The position numbers were made by a program, and so were the translations under genes. From positions 1-64,000 of the IMG/VR virus record IMGVR_UViG_3300010370_000028: a stretch of 64,000 bases of DNA; one strand, given 5' to 3'. Each line of letters begins with the position of its first letter. Position 1 is the stretch's first letter. The notes beneath the pieces were generated by a model. The model had not been told where the DNA came from. It searched no databases and saw only the letters and a program-made list of their open reading frames with translations. This document shows, in pieces, positions 43,695 to 55,008 of this stretch. The DNA is from a virus.

Positions 43695-46600
43695 ATGCCA
43701 CTACAAGTACCAGTAACTCAAACAGGATTAGAAGCGAGCATTATAGCGGCAGCTAAAAAAGCTGGCAGGAACTTAAATATAAATCTAGGTACTAATACTA
43801 GAAGTATTAGCGCCTTATCTCAACCACTTGGAAGAATTACTGGTCAGGCTGATGAATTTACAAAATCAATGGAAGCCGCAAATGCTCGTGTATTTGCTTT
43901 CGGTGCTTCAGTTGGTATTATTAATGGAGTAACTAAAGCTTTTGGAGCATTAGTTAGAAATACAATTGAGGTTGAAAGATCTCTTGTAGAAATTAATACA
44001 GTTTTGGGAGCGAGTAGCGACTCTTTACAAAAATTTGGTAATAAACTTTTTGATGTAGCTAAAAGTACTGGTCAAACTTTTGATATTGTTGCCAAAGGTG
44101 CATTAGAACTTGCAAGACAAGGTTTAAGTACAGAAGAAACTTTAAAAAGAATTAATGATGCACTTATTCTTTCAAGACTTTCTGGTTTAGATGCACAACA
44201 ATCTGTTGAAGGTTTAACAGCGGCATTTAACTCATTTAAAGAAACTGGAATTACAACATCTCAAATTCTTAACAAATTAGTTGTTGTTTCTCAAAAATAT
44301 TCTGTTTCAGAAAGAGATTTAATTGAAGGTCTTAAAAGATCTGCGTCTGTTGCGGATCAAGCTGGTGTTTCTTTTGATGAATTAGTTGGTATTATTACAA
44401 CCGTTCAAGAAAGAACTGCTCGTGGTGGTGCTGTTATTGGTAACGCATTTAAAACAATTTTTGCTCGCATACAAGATAGAGGAGCATTAGAAGATTTGCG
44501 TAGTTTTGGTATAGAAATTCAAGATGTACAAGGAAAAATTTTACCAGCAACACAAATTTTACAAAACTTAGCTGGAGAATTCAATAAATTAACTCAAGTA
44601 GAACAGGCAGATCTTGCCAAAAAACTTGGCGGTGTCTATCAGTTATCAAACTTATTAGCTGCAGTTAAAGATTTATCAAGTGAGCAGTCTAAGTATGTTG
44701 ATATTGTTAAACTTTCAGCTGGAGCAACTGATGAAGCTTATAAGAAAAATGCTGCATTAAATGAAACTCTTGCTACTTTAATTAATAAAGTTACTCTTAG
44801 CGCACAACAACTTGGTGCAACTTTAGGAGAAATTGGTATTGCTGATGGCTTAAAGAAGTTATTAGATTTTGTTAATTATATTTTTGAAGGTTTCCAAAAA
44901 ATCCTTGGAGAAGAAAGTGCATTAGGAACTTTATTTAAAGGGTTAGCAAAGGGAATTGGAAGTGTTTTAGCTGGTCCTGGTTTAGCAATATTTGCAGCTA
45001 TTATTGGAAAACTTTCTATACAATTAGCTGGGTTTGGTGTTGAAGCTTTAAAGTCCTTCTTTAAAATAACCTCCACTTCAAAAGAACTTCAAAATATACA
45101 AGGTGCTATTACAAGCACTTTATTAAATAATAAACAAATACAACAACAAATTTTAAATCTTGAAGGCAATAGGGTTGCTCAAGCACAATTTATAAGTACA
45201 GCTTTAAATGAGCAACTTAAAACAATGCAGAGAATGCAAAGCATTGCAGCATCTATAACTCCAGATGTTTATGCAGCAACATCTGGCGCTCGAAAAAGTG
45301 CGTCAAAAAATGTAGCTGGTGCAGCTGGTGGTTATATGCCAGCAGTTGCTGGAGAAGCTTCAGATATTCGTCGTGGTGTTGGTGGGGCAAGAGCTGGTGA
45401 TAAACCAGTAGTAATTCCAAATTTTGCATTTGGTGGCGGCAAGAAAGGAACTATGGTTGCTCATACTGGTGAGTATATTGTTCCTAATTTTGCAAGAGGT
45501 GGGTCTGCTATCTTTAATAGAGATATGATTGCATCAATGGGTCTTCCATCTGGCGCTAAAAAGATTGGTGCTGCTGGAGGATTTATTCCAAATTTTGCTG
45601 AATGGTATGATAGTTCAACTAAAAAAGTAGTAACTTCAACAGATTATCCAAAAACTCCAGGGAATTGGACAAAAATTGCCAGTAATTCCCAAACCTATAG
45701 AAAATATGCAGATACTTTAGAAAATTATAAACTTCCTAATGTTGACTTTTATCTGTTCCCAGATGGAACGGGTGGTCGTGGAGCTACAGTTAGAGGCGCT
45801 CTTGGTAGAAGTAAATCTAAAGCAGTTGAGAATATTGAAAAACAACAGCAAAAAGTTGAAAAATCTGGGTTTTTTAATTTAAATGCAGATCAGCTAGGCG
45901 GAATCCTTCTTGTTTCGCCTAGATTTGGTAAAGGAGTCGGTAGTTTAGATACATCAATGCAAATTGCAGAAATACCGATCTTTAATCAAGGCAAATTCCA
46001 AGTTGATAAAAATAAATATATTAATTTAAAAGGAGTTAAGACATCTAATACTCCAAGCGGAAGAGATTTACAAGGATTACAGGGAGATATAAGTCAATTA
46101 TTCGCAGGTGGAATTGTAGATCTTGCTTATAGATTATATGGAAGCACTTTTGATCCAGCAAGCGCTGGAGAGTTTACTCAAAAATTAAAATCTTTAGATA
46201 GTTCAAATAAACAACAATTAATACCACAGGCTGCACAAGGAGATTTATTTGAGGCTGCTGGTAAAGTTGCCCTTAATAGTTTTAGCAATTTAGAATCTTT
46301 ATTTGGTTCTGCAGAACAAAATAGACCGTTTGATTTTCAAAATCCAGCTGCATTACAAAAAATGTTTGGAGTTAGTGTTTTAAGAGGGGAAGCGAAAAGA
46401 GGGGGAGAAAAAAACTTTTCGTCATCCAAACAAGTATCTGGTATTATTAAGAAAGTTTTTAATGATCCAGAATATTCTCCAAAAGCATTAGACGCTTTAA
46501 AAGCTCAAGGAGCTTTTAGTGCAGAGATGCAAAAACAGAAAAAAGAAGAAGAAATTTCTAATGCTGTAAGTGGTTTTGTTCCTAATTTTGCAAAAATTTT

Positions 46601-49600
46601 TGATTTAGTTAAAAATTTCAGTAGTACTTTATCACCTAAATTAAAACTTTCAAAATCTTCAGATAATAGATTAAATGAAAATGATTCAGTTAATTTAATT
46701 GGTAATAGATTTAATAAATTGTTTGTACCAAAAAAAGATGGTGAAAATGGAGAAAGATATGAAAAAAGGGTTTTAAGCGAATTAGGTTATACCTCATCAA
46801 TAGGTTTAAATTTTAAAGGTAATTCTGCAATTGATGGATATAAAAATGCTACCTCACTTGTAGAAGTGAAAAGTGGATTTTATAATGAACAAGATACTAA
46901 ACTTAAATTTTTAAGAGCATTAGCAGAAAATTATGGAACAAATAATCAATTAGATATATGGACTAGCAATATTGATGACTTTAAAGTTAATGGATTATTA
47001 GTTCATTCTGATGAATCTGACATAAGTAATAAAAGTAAACCATCACAACTACGAAAAGATTTTCAAATGTCTGACGCTTTAAGAGCGAATAAATACAATC
47101 GCTTAAAAAGATTTTCTAAAGGCTATATTCCTAATTTTGTAAGTCAAAAATATATATTAAATACTCTTGCTAGAATAAAAGCTGGGACAAGTGGTTTCTC
47201 AAAACAAGAACAAGAGACATTCTTAAATAAATTCGGCGCAAAATCTACTGGTAAAAAAATCTCTCTTAGAGAAGTTTATGATAAATTAGATGGAGAAGTT
47301 GGAATTGCTCAATTAATTGATAAAGCCTATTCTGCCGCTGGACTTACAGCGTCTAACGAAGAAGTTTATAGAATGTTTGAAAAACAAACTAAAGCAAATC
47401 CTTATCTATTAAGATCTTTAGTTTCAAAAAAAGGCTTTGTTCCTAACTTCGCAGATCCACTTAAAGAAGCTATAGGTCGTGAAATGTCTGCTGGTGTTCC
47501 AGCTTCACAAATTTATGTAGACCAAAATTCATCATTAAAGAATCCAATGAATCCAATGGGATTAATGGTTGCTAATCGTCGTGATGAACCATCTGGTGGT
47601 ATGCAAGGAATTAATCGCGCTAGAAAAGAAGGCGCTAATCCAATGATGTATGGTGCAGCTGGAGGATTTGTTCCTAATTATGCATCAATTCCAGCAATGC
47701 CAACAATGGGATCAGTGGGTAGTTCATCTGTTGCAAATAAATTTAACGCAGCTTTAAATAAAGCCACCTTAGAATTACAAAATGGTTCTACGACTATTAA
47801 TCAAGTTATTGCTGAATTAGGTAAAATAAGACCGACAGCTACAAAACTAACTGCAAATGCGCAAGCATTAGCTCAAAAATATCAAGAAGAGCTTTTACAA
47901 AGGCAACAAGCAGTTGCTACAAGAATCTTAGAGTCTAATGCTGGCAAAAAATTAGCAGCTCAATTAGATAAAGTTTATATTGAATATAATAAAAGCCAAA
48001 AATCAGCGGCAGATTTAGATGCTGCACAAAAAAAAGCAGCAGCAATATTACAAAAAACAAGTTTAAGTCAATCAAGTCAAAGAGCAATAGTTTCTTCCAC
48101 TGGTTCGTTGGCTGGATCTAGATTAACAGCGCAACCTCAAGCTACTGGAGATTTGTTAACTAAAATGTTTGGTTTGCAAACAGCATTAAGTCTTTTAACT
48201 GGTGCTACTTCTGATACAGAAAATGCTTTTGCTACAGCTGCTAATGCGATTACAAGTGTAGCTTCTAGTTTTACATCTGTTTATTTAGTATTTGAAGGTT
48301 TAAAAGGTGCTGGTGGTAAACTTGGAAGTCTTTTTGGAGCTTTAGGTGGTAAACTTGGTATTTATGCAGCTGGTGCATATGCACTTTATGAAGGTTGGCA
48401 GATTCTTGCTAAAAACCTAGATTCAACAAATAGCTCAATTAATAATGCTTCTTACGCAATGGAAGGTCTTGCAAAAGCGGCATCTGGAGCAACAGTTAAT
48501 TATGGGACATTATCAGAATCACAAAAGAAAAGAATTAAAACATCAAGAGAAGGATTAATTGAAGGAGGAAAATTGTATGAAAAGGTAACGTATGATGCAA
48601 AAGGAGAACTTAAAAATCGTGCGTTAATGAAAGCCTCTTTTGAAGGATATAGCGATGAGTTGGAAACACAATTTGAAGGCGCAATAGACCAAGCTTTAGC
48701 TGTAGGTGTTTCATATGATGTAATGTTCAATAAATTTAACGCAGCTGCAAAATCTGCAAATAAAATTACAGCCGAAGAAGTTGAAGGTATGATAAATGAG
48801 TTTAAAATTTTAGCTGAAGAAATAGCTAAAGTAAAACCAACAGATTTTCTTAAAAATGCTGGTATATTTGAGGGTGGAAAAAATGCAGAATTTGCTAAAA
48901 AATTTCAAAACTATACTTCTGATCAATTAGAAGAACAATTAAAATTATTTAATGAAAAAGGAAAAGGTAAAGGAACTACACAGCTACAAGAACTTATTAC
49001 GCAATACACCCCAATTAGAGGTTTAACAGCTCAAAAAGATTTTGCTAGAGCAGCTTATCAACAACAAAAAGAGGCTGCAAAAGTTCAAGAAGAAAGCATT
49101 AAAACAGCAACAGAAAGTGCAAGTCTTTCATTATTAAAACAACAGTTAGAAAACAGGATAGCTTACAAAAAAGCTTTATTTGAAGCTTCAAGTGCTGAAG
49201 AATACTCTTTAGAGCTTCAAAAAGAAATGTTATCAGTTAGTGAAAAAGATAGAACATTAGCTGATTATAAATTACAAAGTTTACAAGCCGCCAAAAAACT
49301 AACATCAGAACAAGCTGATGCGACTATTGGTATTTTAAAAGATTCAGAATTAATTCAGAAAAAATTACAAGCCGCTGGAGTTGCTGATAAAATTGATCCA
49401 GAAAAATTCAAACAATTAACTTCTGCCGCAGAAGAAGTCGGAGATGCAATTCTAAAGCAAGGTGGATACACTGATGAAGTTAAAACTAAATTACAGGCAT
49501 TATTAACACCTTTAAATTTAACAGCTGAACAGCAAAAATTAATTCGTGATACAGTTCAAGAAACAAATGATCAATTAGCAAAACAAGCTGCTTTACAAAA

Positions 49601-52600
49601 TAAATTAAATGCTCAATCTAATTTACAAAAAGCAACTTTAGAAGCTATAAATTTCATTACTCAAAAAAGATCTGAAGCAATTACTAATCAATATGATAAG
49701 CAGTTAAAAGCAAATGAATTGGAAAAAAGAAGAATTGATTTAGAAAAAGAAGCGGGTATATTACAATTAGAACGTAGAAAAATTGGCGGCGGCGCTGGAA
49801 GTAATTTAGGTGTTGATAGAGAAATTGCTCAATTAGAAAAAAATGCAATAAAATTAAAATTTGATATTGATCAAAAAGATTTAATAAATCAAGTAAGAAA
49901 AGCACTTGCTGAAGCGGCATTAAGTGCGGGGTTAACGCCAACTGAAGTAGAAAATCTAAATTTACAAAATGTAACAACTAAAGAACAGGCTGTAGATAAA
50001 GCTAAAGAAATTGAAGACATTGAAACAGAAATAAAAATAAAAAAATTAATAGCAGCTCAAGAAGAATTTAAAAAAACTATTTTAGCTTCCAATTACTTTA
50101 AAAATCAAGTAACGAGTGCGGCAGATATATTTCTTCAAAAAATTCAAGAAGCTTTTCCTGGGGCTAAAACTTCATTTGTAACTCAAGACGACTTAAACCA
50201 ATATGTACAAAATTTAAATAAAGGGGATGCAGGTGGGGCGCAAACGCTTCCCCCAACTGTTGTTACACCTGAAGAAGATTTAATAGCAAAAGGACAAGCG
50301 GAAATTGATGCTTTACTTGCAAACAGAAAAACGGGAGATTCTTCTTTTGTTGGTGATGTTGAAAGATTGTTTGATGAAAATCAAAAGATTAAATATCTTG
50401 AATTTCAAAATGCTCTTACAGAAATAGATAATCGTCTTTTAGCTGCTGGAGGATCTTTAACTACATTTGCTAATTTAGTAAGAGATGTATTCAGTAATTT
50501 GCCAGAAAATATTGCTCAAAATCAATTTGCAATGTTAACTGCAACAGATACTCAGTCCATCATAGGAAATGCTGTAGAAGCAAGAAGAAATGCTATATTA
50601 GCGCAGGGACCAAAAGATGAAACAACTATTGTCAAAGCCGCTGACGCTACAGCAATTTATGAAAAAGAACTTGAGATCAAAAAAGCAATCACTGCCGCAG
50701 ATAAAATTAACGGCGAATTTGAATTGCAAAAATTAAAAGAAATTCTTCCACTTAGATTAGAATTATTAAAAGCTGAAACAAATGAAGAAAGAGAAGCTAT
50801 AATTGATAGAATCATAGCAAAGGAAAAACAAAGACTCCCAATTCTTCAAAGAATAAAAGCCGAATTTTCTTCTACCGCAGAACAAAGAACTGCAGAACTT
50901 GAAGATTCTGTTGTAAATGCTTCTGTTCAATTTAGAGATAATATAGTTGAAGGAATATCACAAGCTATTGAAGGAGGTTCAAGTTTAAAAGATATATTAT
51001 TAAATGCTGCTCTTGAATTTACTAGAGAAATAACAAAAGCATCTTTAAAAAATGCTCTTGGTTCAATAGGAAATTTATTTAATTTCGGAGGAGTTGGAAA
51101 ATATGCCTCTGGTGGTATGATTAATGGAGGTTCTGGATCAAAAGATGATGTTCCAGCAATGTTAATGGGTGGAGAGTTTGTTGTAAATAAAAAAGCTGTA
51201 CAAAAATATGGACCAGACTTTTTACATGCAATTAATAATGGCACATTAGGTGGATACGCTAAAGGTGGCGGTGTTAAAAAATTTACTGATCAAACAGGTG
51301 AGGGTGGATATTTCTTACCAGGTTTATATGGTAATGAATCAGTTGCTAGTCAACAAGGTTTATTTGATTTTGCAACACAAAATTATACATCTGGAGCTAG
51401 AGATGTAATTTCTTCTGGAGAAAATTATGCATCAATTAATTTAGAAACGGAAAGTTTTAGATTAACTCAAAGAGGAAGAGAGAATAATCCAATGTTTGCT
51501 GCCACTCAATCAGCAAAAGAGCAAGCATTAGGATTAGTTTTTCAAGAAGCTGAAAACTGGGAAAAATATCGTGAGGCGGTAGAAGAAGCAAAAAGACAGG
51601 AAAAAGAAAGACAAAAAGCAATTCGAAAACAATTATTAATATCTGCAGCAATGGCTGTTGGTAGTGCTGTAGCTGGACCAGTTCTTGGTGCTGCTGCATC
51701 TGGATTTAAAGCTGCATTTGGAGCTTCATCTGCCGCTAATAATGGATTTTTAACAAATCTTGGCGCTGGACTTAAGGGTATATTTACTGGTGGTCAATTA
51801 GCAGGAAGCACCCTGACTCAAAATGTTGGAGGTTTAAATAATTTATTTGCTAGTCTTGGTAAAGGACTAACTGGTAATTTTGCAGAAGCTGGAAATCTTT
51901 TTAAATTATCACAAATAGGAAGCGCCGATCAACTACAAAAAGCTTTTGCTGGGAGTATTACATCTAAAAGTAATTTTTCTAATTATTTAACAGATAATGG
52001 GTATATTCCACAAGCCTCTATTGTTAACGAGGGAGGAATTGGTATTAATGGAACTAACAATTGGTTTTCCAATATTTTTGGTGGGGTGAAAAGATTTTTA
52101 GGCTTGGGTCAGGGTAGAGATATAGATGAAAATGGGTTTGAGTCAACAGCTATTGATAATCCAGCTGTGGGTATGAGTAGACAAGAATTGCTTGAATTAA
52201 CTCAAGACCCATTAATGAGAGATATTTATAATCAAAATCCAGCTGAATGGAAAAGGCGAGCGACTGGTGGAATTATTCCTTCAACCTCTGGTATAGATAC
52301 TGTTCCAGCAATGCTTTCTGGCGGTGAGTTTATTATGAATAGAGCCGCTACTCAAAACATTGGTTCTGGTAATTTACAAGCGTTAAATTCTGGTGGAGGT
52401 TCTGTTGTAACTGAGGAAAAAACAGAAGAATTAAATGATAAATTAATTTCTAAATTAGATGAGTTAATACAAGCGAGTATATCAAAAAGTTCAGTTGGAG
52501 AAATTAATATAAATGTTGATAGTAGCGGTAAATCTAAAGAATCAAGCTCTAATGTTGAAAGCGGTGGACAAAGCCAACAACTTGCAAGAAGTATTAGAGA

Positions 52601-52655
52601 TATGGTTGTAAAAGTTATTCAAGATGAACAAAGATTAGGAGGATTATTAAGATAA
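43695..52655 (+). CDS. tail tape measure protein with internal cargo domains
   Basis: TP901-type core (ELARQG, G..IGNAFKTIFAR), two A.GG...D.VPAML.GGEF motifs, internal PNFA repeats. Confidence 0.9.
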   Translation: MPLQVPVTQTGLEASIIAAAKKAGRNLNINLGTNTRSISALSQPLGRITGQADEFTKSMEAANARVFAFGASVGIINGVTKAFGALVRNTIEVERSLVEINTVLGASSDSLQKFGNKLFDVAKSTGQTFDIVAKGALELARQGLSTEETLKRINDALILSRLSGLDAQQSVEGLTAAFNSFKETGITTSQILNKLVVVSQKYSVSERDLIEGLKRSASVADQAGVSFDELVGIITTVQERTARGGAVIGNAFKTIFARIQDRGALEDLRSFGIEIQDVQGKILPATQILQNLAGEFNKLTQVEQADLAKKLGGVYQLSNLLAAVKDLSSEQSKYVDIVKLSAGATDEAYKKNAALNETLATLINKVTLSAQQLGATLGEIGIADGLKKLLDFVNYIFEGFQKILGEESALGTLFKGLAKGIGSVLAGPGLAIFAAIIGKLSIQLAGFGVEALKSFFKITSTSKELQNIQGAITSTLLNNKQIQQQILNLEGNRVAQAQFISTALNEQLKTMQRMQSIAASITPDVYAATSGARKSASKNVAGAAGGYMPAVAGEASDIRRGVGGARAGDKPVVIPNFAFGGGKKGTMVAHTGEYIVPNFARGGSAIFNRDMIASMGLPSGAKKIGAAGGFIPNFAEWYDSSTKKVVTSTDYPKTPGNWTKIASNSQTYRKYADTLENYKLPNVDFYLFPDGTGGRGATVRGALGRSKSKAVENIEKQQQKVEKSGFFNLNADQLGGILLVSPRFGKGVGSLDTSMQIAEIPIFNQGKFQVDKNKYINLKGVKTSNTPSGRDLQGLQGDISQLFAGGIVDLAYRLYGSTFDPASAGEFTQKLKSLDSSNKQQLIPQAAQGDLFEAAGKVALNSFSNLESLFGSAEQNRPFDFQNPAALQKMFGVSVLRGEAKRGGEKNFSSSKQVSGIIKKVFNDPEYSPKALDALKAQGAFSAEMQKQKKEEEISNAVSGFVPNFAKIFDLVKNFSSTLSPKLKLSKSSDNRLNENDSVNLIGNRFNKLFVPKKDGENGERYEKRVLSELGYTSSIGLNFKGNSAIDGYKNATSLVEVKSGFYNEQDTKLKFLRALAENYGTNNQLDIWTSNIDDFKVNGLLVHSDESDISNKSKPSQLRKDFQMSDALRANKYNRLKRFSKGYIPNFVSQKYILNTLARIKAGTSGFSKQEQETFLNKFGAKSTGKKISLREVYDKLDGEVGIAQLIDKAYSAAGLTASNEEVYRMFEKQTKANPYLLRSLVSKKGFVPNFADPLKEAIGREMSAGVPASQIYVDQNSSLKNPMNPMGLMVANRRDEPSGGMQGINRARKEGANPMMYGAAGGFVPNYASIPAMPTMGSVGSSSVANKFNAALNKATLELQNGSTTINQVIAELGKIRPTATKLTANAQALAQKYQEELLQRQQAVATRILESNAGKKLAAQLDKVYIEYNKSQKSAADLDAAQKKAAAILQKTSLSQSSQRAIVSSTGSLAGSRLTAQPQATGDLLTKMFGLQTALSLLTGATSDTENAFATAANAITSVASSFTSVYLVFEGLKGAGGKLGSLFGALGGKLGIYAAGAYALYEGWQILAKNLDSTNSSINNASYAMEGLAKAASGATVNYGTLSESQKKRIKTSREGLIEGGKLYEKVTYDAKGELKNRALMKASFEGYSDELETQFEGAIDQALAVGVSYDVMFNKFNAAAKSANKITAEEVEGMINEFKILAEEIAKVKPTDFLKNAGIFEGGKNAEFAKKFQNYTSDQLEEQLKLFNEKGKGKGTTQLQELITQYTPIRGLTAQKDFARAAYQQQKEAAKVQEESIKTATESASLSLLKQQLENRIAYKKALFEASSAEEYSLELQKEMLSVSEKDRTLADYKLQSLQAAKKLTSEQADATIGILKDSELIQKKLQAAGVADKIDPEKFKQLTSAAEEVGDAILKQGGYTDEVKTKLQALLTPLNLTAEQQKLIRDTVQETNDQLAKQAALQNKLNAQSNLQKATLEAINFITQKRSEAITNQYDKQLKANELEKRRIDLEKEAGILQLERRKIGGGAGSNLGVDREIAQLEKNAIKLKFDIDQKDLINQVRKALAEAALSAGLTPTEVENLNLQNVTTKEQAVDKAKEIEDIETEIKIKKLIAAQEEFKKTILASNYFKNQVTSAADIFLQKIQEAFPGAKTSFVTQDDLNQYVQNLNKGDAGGAQTLPPTVVTPEEDLIAKGQAEIDALLANRKTGDSSFVGDVERLFDENQKIKYLEFQNALTEIDNRLLAAGGSLTTFANLVRDVFSNLPENIAQNQFAMLTATDTQSIIGNAVEARRNAILAQGPKDETTIVKAADATAIYEKELEIKKAITAADKINGEFELQKLKEILPLRLELLKAETNEEREAIIDRIIAKEKQRLPILQRIKAEFSSTAEQRTAELEDSVVNASVQFRDNIVEGISQAIEGGSSLKDILLNAALEFTREITKASLKNALGSIGNLFNFGGVGKYASGGMINGGSGSKDDVPAMLMGGEFVVNKKAVQKYGPDFLHAINNGTLGGYAKGGGVKKFTDQTGEGGYFLPGLYGNESVASQQGLFDFATQNYTSGARDVISSGENYASINLETESFRLTQRGRENNPMFAATQSAKEQALGLVFQEAENWEKYREAVEEAKRQEKERQKAIRKQLLISAAMAVGSAVAGPVLGAAASGFKAAFGASSAANNGFLTNLGAGLKGIFTGGQLAGSTLTQNVGGLNNLFASLGKGLTGNFAEAGNLFKLSQIGSADQLQKAFAGSITSKSNFSNYLTDNGYIPQASIVNEGGIGINGTNNWFSNIFGGVKRFLGLGQGRDIDENGFESTAIDNPAVGMSRQELLELTQDPLMRDIYNQNPAEWKRRATGGIIPSTSGIDTVPAMLSGGEFIMNRAATQNIGSGNLQALNSGGGSVVTEEKTEELNDKLISKLDELIQASISKSSVGEININVDSSGKSKESSSNVESGGQSQQLARSIRDMVVKVIQDEQRLGGLLR

Positions 52656-52656
52656 A

Positions 52657-53445
52657 ATGTTTGGTTCTATTGATAATTATGAAAATGAATTTTTTGTCAA
52701 TGGGCAAAAAGTTTTAGGTGTTGAATCGATTGATTTAAGTTATTCAAATAATCCAGTTGTAGAGAATTTTTTAGGAACTAGAAAAGGATTAACTATAATC
52801 AATGGACCGACATCTCAAAAAATATCCATAAATAGATATTTAATATATAATGATCCTTTTTTATCTTTTACTGGTTCTAATTCGTTTTCTGGCAGTATTA
52901 ATTATGAAAATAAATATTATGGTTTTAATAGCGGCTTCTTAGATGATTATTCAATTAGTTGTGCAGTTGGGAGTATTCCAAAGATTAATTTAAATGCAAC
53001 AATATATGATGAATTAACTACTGGTAAAAATAGTAGAGGATCTATTGCATCACCATCAATTTATATACCAAATCAAGGATCTATATCTATAACATGCGAT
53101 GGATCTTCAACAAATCGAGTTGTTGGTTTTGATTATGCAATTAAAGTATTTAGAACTCCTGTTTATAGTATTGGTTCAAAATTTGTTAATCAAGTAATTT
53201 CGACACCAAATATCCAATTTGCTTCATCTGTTCAAATTGATTTAGATGATTTATTTTTAAGAAGTGGTTTTGATTTTATTTCAGATAGACAAAATAAAAA
53301 TTTATCTTTTTCTATAAAATCTAGAGACGGTTTAACAACTTTACAATCTTTAGTTATGCCAAATGCTTCTCTTGTTGGAGAGTCTTTATCTAATAATGTT
53401 GATGGTGGTATAAAATTAACACTTAATTATATTGGACATATATGA
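52657..53445 (+). CDS. tail-tube-like tail tip (distal tail-like) protein
   Basis: follows the TMP; LDDYSI...VG.IP and RTPVY.IGSKF match tail tube motifs. Confidence 0.55.
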   Translation: MFGSIDNYENEFFVNGQKVLGVESIDLSYSNNPVVENFLGTRKGLTIINGPTSQKISINRYLIYNDPFLSFTGSNSFSGSINYENKYYGFNSGFLDDYSISCAVGSIPKINLNATIYDELTTGKNSRGSIASPSIYIPNQGSISITCDGSSTNRVVGFDYAIKVFRTPVYSIGSKFVNQVISTPNIQFASSVQIDLDDLFLRSGFDFISDRQNKNLSFSIKSRDGLTTLQSLVMPNASLVGESLSNNVDGGIKLTLNYIGHI

Positions 53446-55004
53446 GTAATTATTTAAATAATTCAGTTAAATTTTCTAAGAATACTGATGCAATATTAGT
53501 TGAAAATGATGCTATAGCTTTAAATGGAGAAAAACAAGCTTCTAAATTTTCTAATACACCATCTAAAGGTTCTAAGTTCACTCCATCTTCTTCATTAACT
53601 TTAGTAGATGGCAAATTTTATTGTAGGTCTATTTTTGTCAAAGCGAATGATATAAGTGGTTTAAATGCGACAATTATTCCATTTGTCTTCTCAAGCACTT
53701 TAGGAAGTAGTGGTGCTAGATGGGTATTTTTTAATATTAAAACTAAAACCATTAGTTATTCAAATTCATTAGATCCTGGTTGTTATGCAAATTATAGAGA
53801 ATATGATAATGGATGGATAAGATTGTGGGTAACATTTGAAAAAACTTCTACAAGAATAATTTCTCAAGATTATTACATTGGTGGCTATGGAAATACTTCT
53901 GCATTACATTCCTTTTGGGTTTGGGGCGCTCAATTTGAAGATGTTGCAACATTATATTCTGAGCCAAGTGATTATGAAGCTGTAGGAGTTAAATCAACTT
54001 CAACTTTTTATAATAGAGATAGTAATATAAAATTGAATTTATCTGATAAAATTGATGATTCAGATAGTTTATCTTCATATTATACTCCTGTTTATGGCTC
54101 TAGGGTAACATTTGAGTCTAGATTAAATTCATATGAAACAACAGATGGATATTATAATGTAATACCTCTTTCAATAAATAATTTAAAAGCTACATTTGAT
54201 TTGAGATTTGATTTGAATGAATTTGAATCACAAAGATTAATTGATTTTATAGAATCTAAACAGGGAATAAGAGCTTTTGAGTTTTCTGATGCAAGTGATT
54301 TTTATGCACCTTTAATTGGGTTTTGTAGTGAATATTCAGTAAATCATATGAATAAAAATCATTATGAAGTTGCTGTAAGATTTGAAGTAGATCAAGTTCC
54401 ATCTTTATTAAATTGGAAAAATGGATCATTTATAAATTATGAAATTGGTACTTGGGTAGAAAATACTGATTATGAAAAATACGATATACTTTATTTTGAT
54501 ATAAATGATTTTGATTCAACCCAGCAAGTTATTGGCGTTAATCCAGATGGAATTAATAAATTAAATAAATTTTATTATGCTGCTTATGATCATAACTCAT
54601 TATTAGGAGTTGATAGTCAACCAACTGATGAAATATCTCCTTGGAGACAGGATTTTTTCTTTGAGCCAGATATTGGTTTGCAAAACGATGTTCAATTATC
54701 AATTTTAAAAAATGAGTTTAAAAATTCTTTTGTTCAAAGAGTTAAAACAAAAAAACATATAGGAGCTATTAATTTAAATTATAAATTTACTAATATAACA
54801 ACCAAAAAAGCATTAGCTATTTTACACTTTTTAGAAAATAAAGGCGGTTATAGAAGATTTAGACTAGATATGAAATCTATTTATAATAAACCAAAGGTTT
54901 TTTATTGCCCATCATGGACGCACACTTGGAAATCTTTTAACTCTCATGATATTGAAGTTCGATTAATAGAAGATCCAATAGGAATAATTTCAAAGAAAAA
55001 CTAA
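53442..55004 (+). CDS. minor tail protein with N-terminal WGAQxE domain
   Basis: duplicated ...FIE.K.G...F / ...FLE.KGG...F halves; GW.R.W and WGAQFE motifs. Confidence 0.6.
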   Translation: MSNYLNNSVKFSKNTDAILVENDAIALNGEKQASKFSNTPSKGSKFTPSSSLTLVDGKFYCRSIFVKANDISGLNATIIPFVFSSTLGSSGARWVFFNIKTKTISYSNSLDPGCYANYREYDNGWIRLWVTFEKTSTRIISQDYYIGGYGNTSALHSFWVWGAQFEDVATLYSEPSDYEAVGVKSTSTFYNRDSNIKLNLSDKIDDSDSLSSYYTPVYGSRVTFESRLNSYETTDGYYNVIPLSINNLKATFDLRFDLNEFESQRLIDFIESKQGIRAFEFSDASDFYAPLIGFCSEYSVNHMNKNHYEVAVRFEVDQVPSLLNWKNGSFINYEIGTWVENTDYEKYDILYFDINDFDSTQQVIGVNPDGINKLNKFYYAAYDHNSLLGVDSQPTDEISPWRQDFFFEPDIGLQNDVQLSILKNEFKNSFVQRVKTKKHIGAINLNYKFTNITTKKALAILHFLENKGGYRRFRLDMKSIYNKPKVFYCPSWTHTWKSFNSHDIEVRLIEDPIGIISKKN

Positions 55005-55008
55005 TACC

